Assembly: GCF_041146345.1 (NCBI RefSeq)
Contig: NW_027191417.1
Span: 1,240,001-1,304,000, forward strand
DNA length: 64,000 nucleotides
DNA from: Neodothiora populina
Taxonomy: Eukaryota
Direction: 5' to 3'
Every line of letters begins with the position of its first letter. Positions within the stretch are counted from its first letter, which is position 1. The notes beneath the pieces were generated by a model, which worked only from the letters and a program-made list of their open reading frames with translations, made no database searches and was not told where the DNA came from. Below are positions 62,672-64,000 of this stretch, in pieces. The translations under genes and the position numbers were made by a program.

Positions 62672-64000
62672 CTAGATTTCGAAATTCTCGATCCAATGAC
62701 CAACAACGATTTTGCCTTCGGAGAAACCTTTCCGCTGACTCCTAACAATCATAGCCGCATGCGAGTGTCTGACTTTTGAAATGTGTACTGGGTATTTGAC
62801 AAATCCCACTTCATCCAGCGCCTCTATCATAGAGAATTGTTCGGGCGTGAGTGCTAAAGTGGGGAATTTGTCTTGCCCTTTCACCTTCTTTACTCCTTTC
62901 TCGCCCTGAACCACTGCGCCTTCAGCTTCTGATGGAGGCGTGGGCAAATACTCCTCGCTCTGGCCAGTCGTCAGACGCTCGTAGACTCGATCTGATATAT
63001 GTCTCGCTTCTTCGATCAACGGAAGACGATATCTATCGATGCTGAATCCACCATGGCCACCTTCGTGCAGTTTTATTCGTTGGGCCGATCGAATGGTCTG
63101 GTACCCGCTGTTCATAAGGAATAAAACGCTGCCAATAGGAATCAGTACCACGAAGAGAGCAGCAAGTGGTAACGTCTTCAACGTTCGAATCCCGGTGACG
63201 CGCAGTCTTTCCAGTGCGCTTACTGACTGGTGCGGCTTCGGTCGTACAGGCTCTTCAGGGCGCAAGATAACCCCATCGTAGCCTGGCAAGGGTCGAAGCT
63301 TCACTGCATCGAGGTCCACGTATGGATCTTTGTTAGTAATTCCAGTCGTATAGTAGACGGCGCTTCTGTCATTGATAATATTGCAGTACAGCGATCGATG
63401 TTTGAATTGGGAGAGGGCCTTTAAGAAAATGCTGTTAGGGTCAGCCATGACTGATAGCAATGGTCGCCCGGTGTCCCTGAAGGAGTCGACAGTGAAGAGC
63501 TGATTGCCAGAGGTGCTTAACGTGCGCGCGCCCAGGATATTCCACAAGTATGAGTGTGGCCCCACGCTGGGAGTCCTAACACCAAGATGCGGCGTTGCAA
63601 AGGTTGTGAAATTCTAGACATTAATAAGCAACAACACTTTGTCTTGTAGAGGTGAAGAAGTGCGTACCACAGGTTGTATGGTGTCGAACAAGTTGTTGGA
63701 GTAGAGCAGGCCGATCGCATAGCGTGCGACAAGTCCCCCCAAAGAATATCCTATTATACTGATCTTTTTGATATCATGCCCCTCCTCTTCTAGATCTTCG
63801 ATCTTCTTTTCGATCTCATGAGCAATCCTCTCTCCACCCAGCTCAATCCCATCATAAGTGTAACTGTTCGCATTACTCTTCGCCACGAGCACATACAGAT
63901 CAGGATAAGCTTCCTGGATCGTGGTCTCTAGGTATGAAAGATGTGAAGGGTTGCCCCAGAGTCTATGTTACGTGTAAGTTATGGAGTAGGAAAGCAATTT
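62672..64000 (-). CDS. DUF676 lipase/serine esterase (Rog1-like), 5' end outside the window
   Basis: LWGNPSHL, YTYDGIELGGER, IGYSLGGLVARYAIG (GxSxG), NFTTFATPHLG, LYCNIINDRSAVYYT, HSHAAMIVR. Confidence 0.9.

Noticed and set aside
1..64000. Transposons, RIP-degraded AT-rich blocks, CRISPR arrays, rRNA, telomeric repeats
   Set aside because: No transposase, RT or integrase motifs, no repeat-spacer arrays, no rRNA signatures and no TTAGGG arrays seen.

Overview
Eukaryotic, intron-containing genomic DNA from a filamentous ascomycete (Pezizomycotina; Dothideomycete-like is my impression, not proven). I can support about 25 protein-coding genes and one intron-containing tRNA-Lys(CTT). The left ~15 kb is a run of enzyme genes: CsbD/LEA-like stress protein, AhpD/CMD-like protein, dihydropyrimidinase/hydantoinase, FAD monooxygenase, UstYa/DUF3328 oxidase, NmrA-like reductase, alpha/beta-hydrolase and a polyQ bZIP factor. 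It resembles a small tailoring-type gene cluster, with a 17-bp motif shared between its two divergent promoters, but no backbone enzyme or RiPP precursor is visible. The rest is mostly housekeeping (translin, TIM9, Sac7-like RhoGAP, PRM10-like, UPF1, IMP4, IDO, DCG1-like racemase, NHP2, GGPP synthase, amino acid permease, DUF676 lipase) plus uncharacterised GPI-anchored and repeat proteins. Best leads: the DUF3328 cluster and its motif, a nested-helix candidate structured RNA at ~51.6-51.9 kb, a possible 3'UTR intron in UPF1, and two GC-AG introns. All family calls come from motif recognition by eye, not database searches. No transposon, CRISPR array or rRNA was found.
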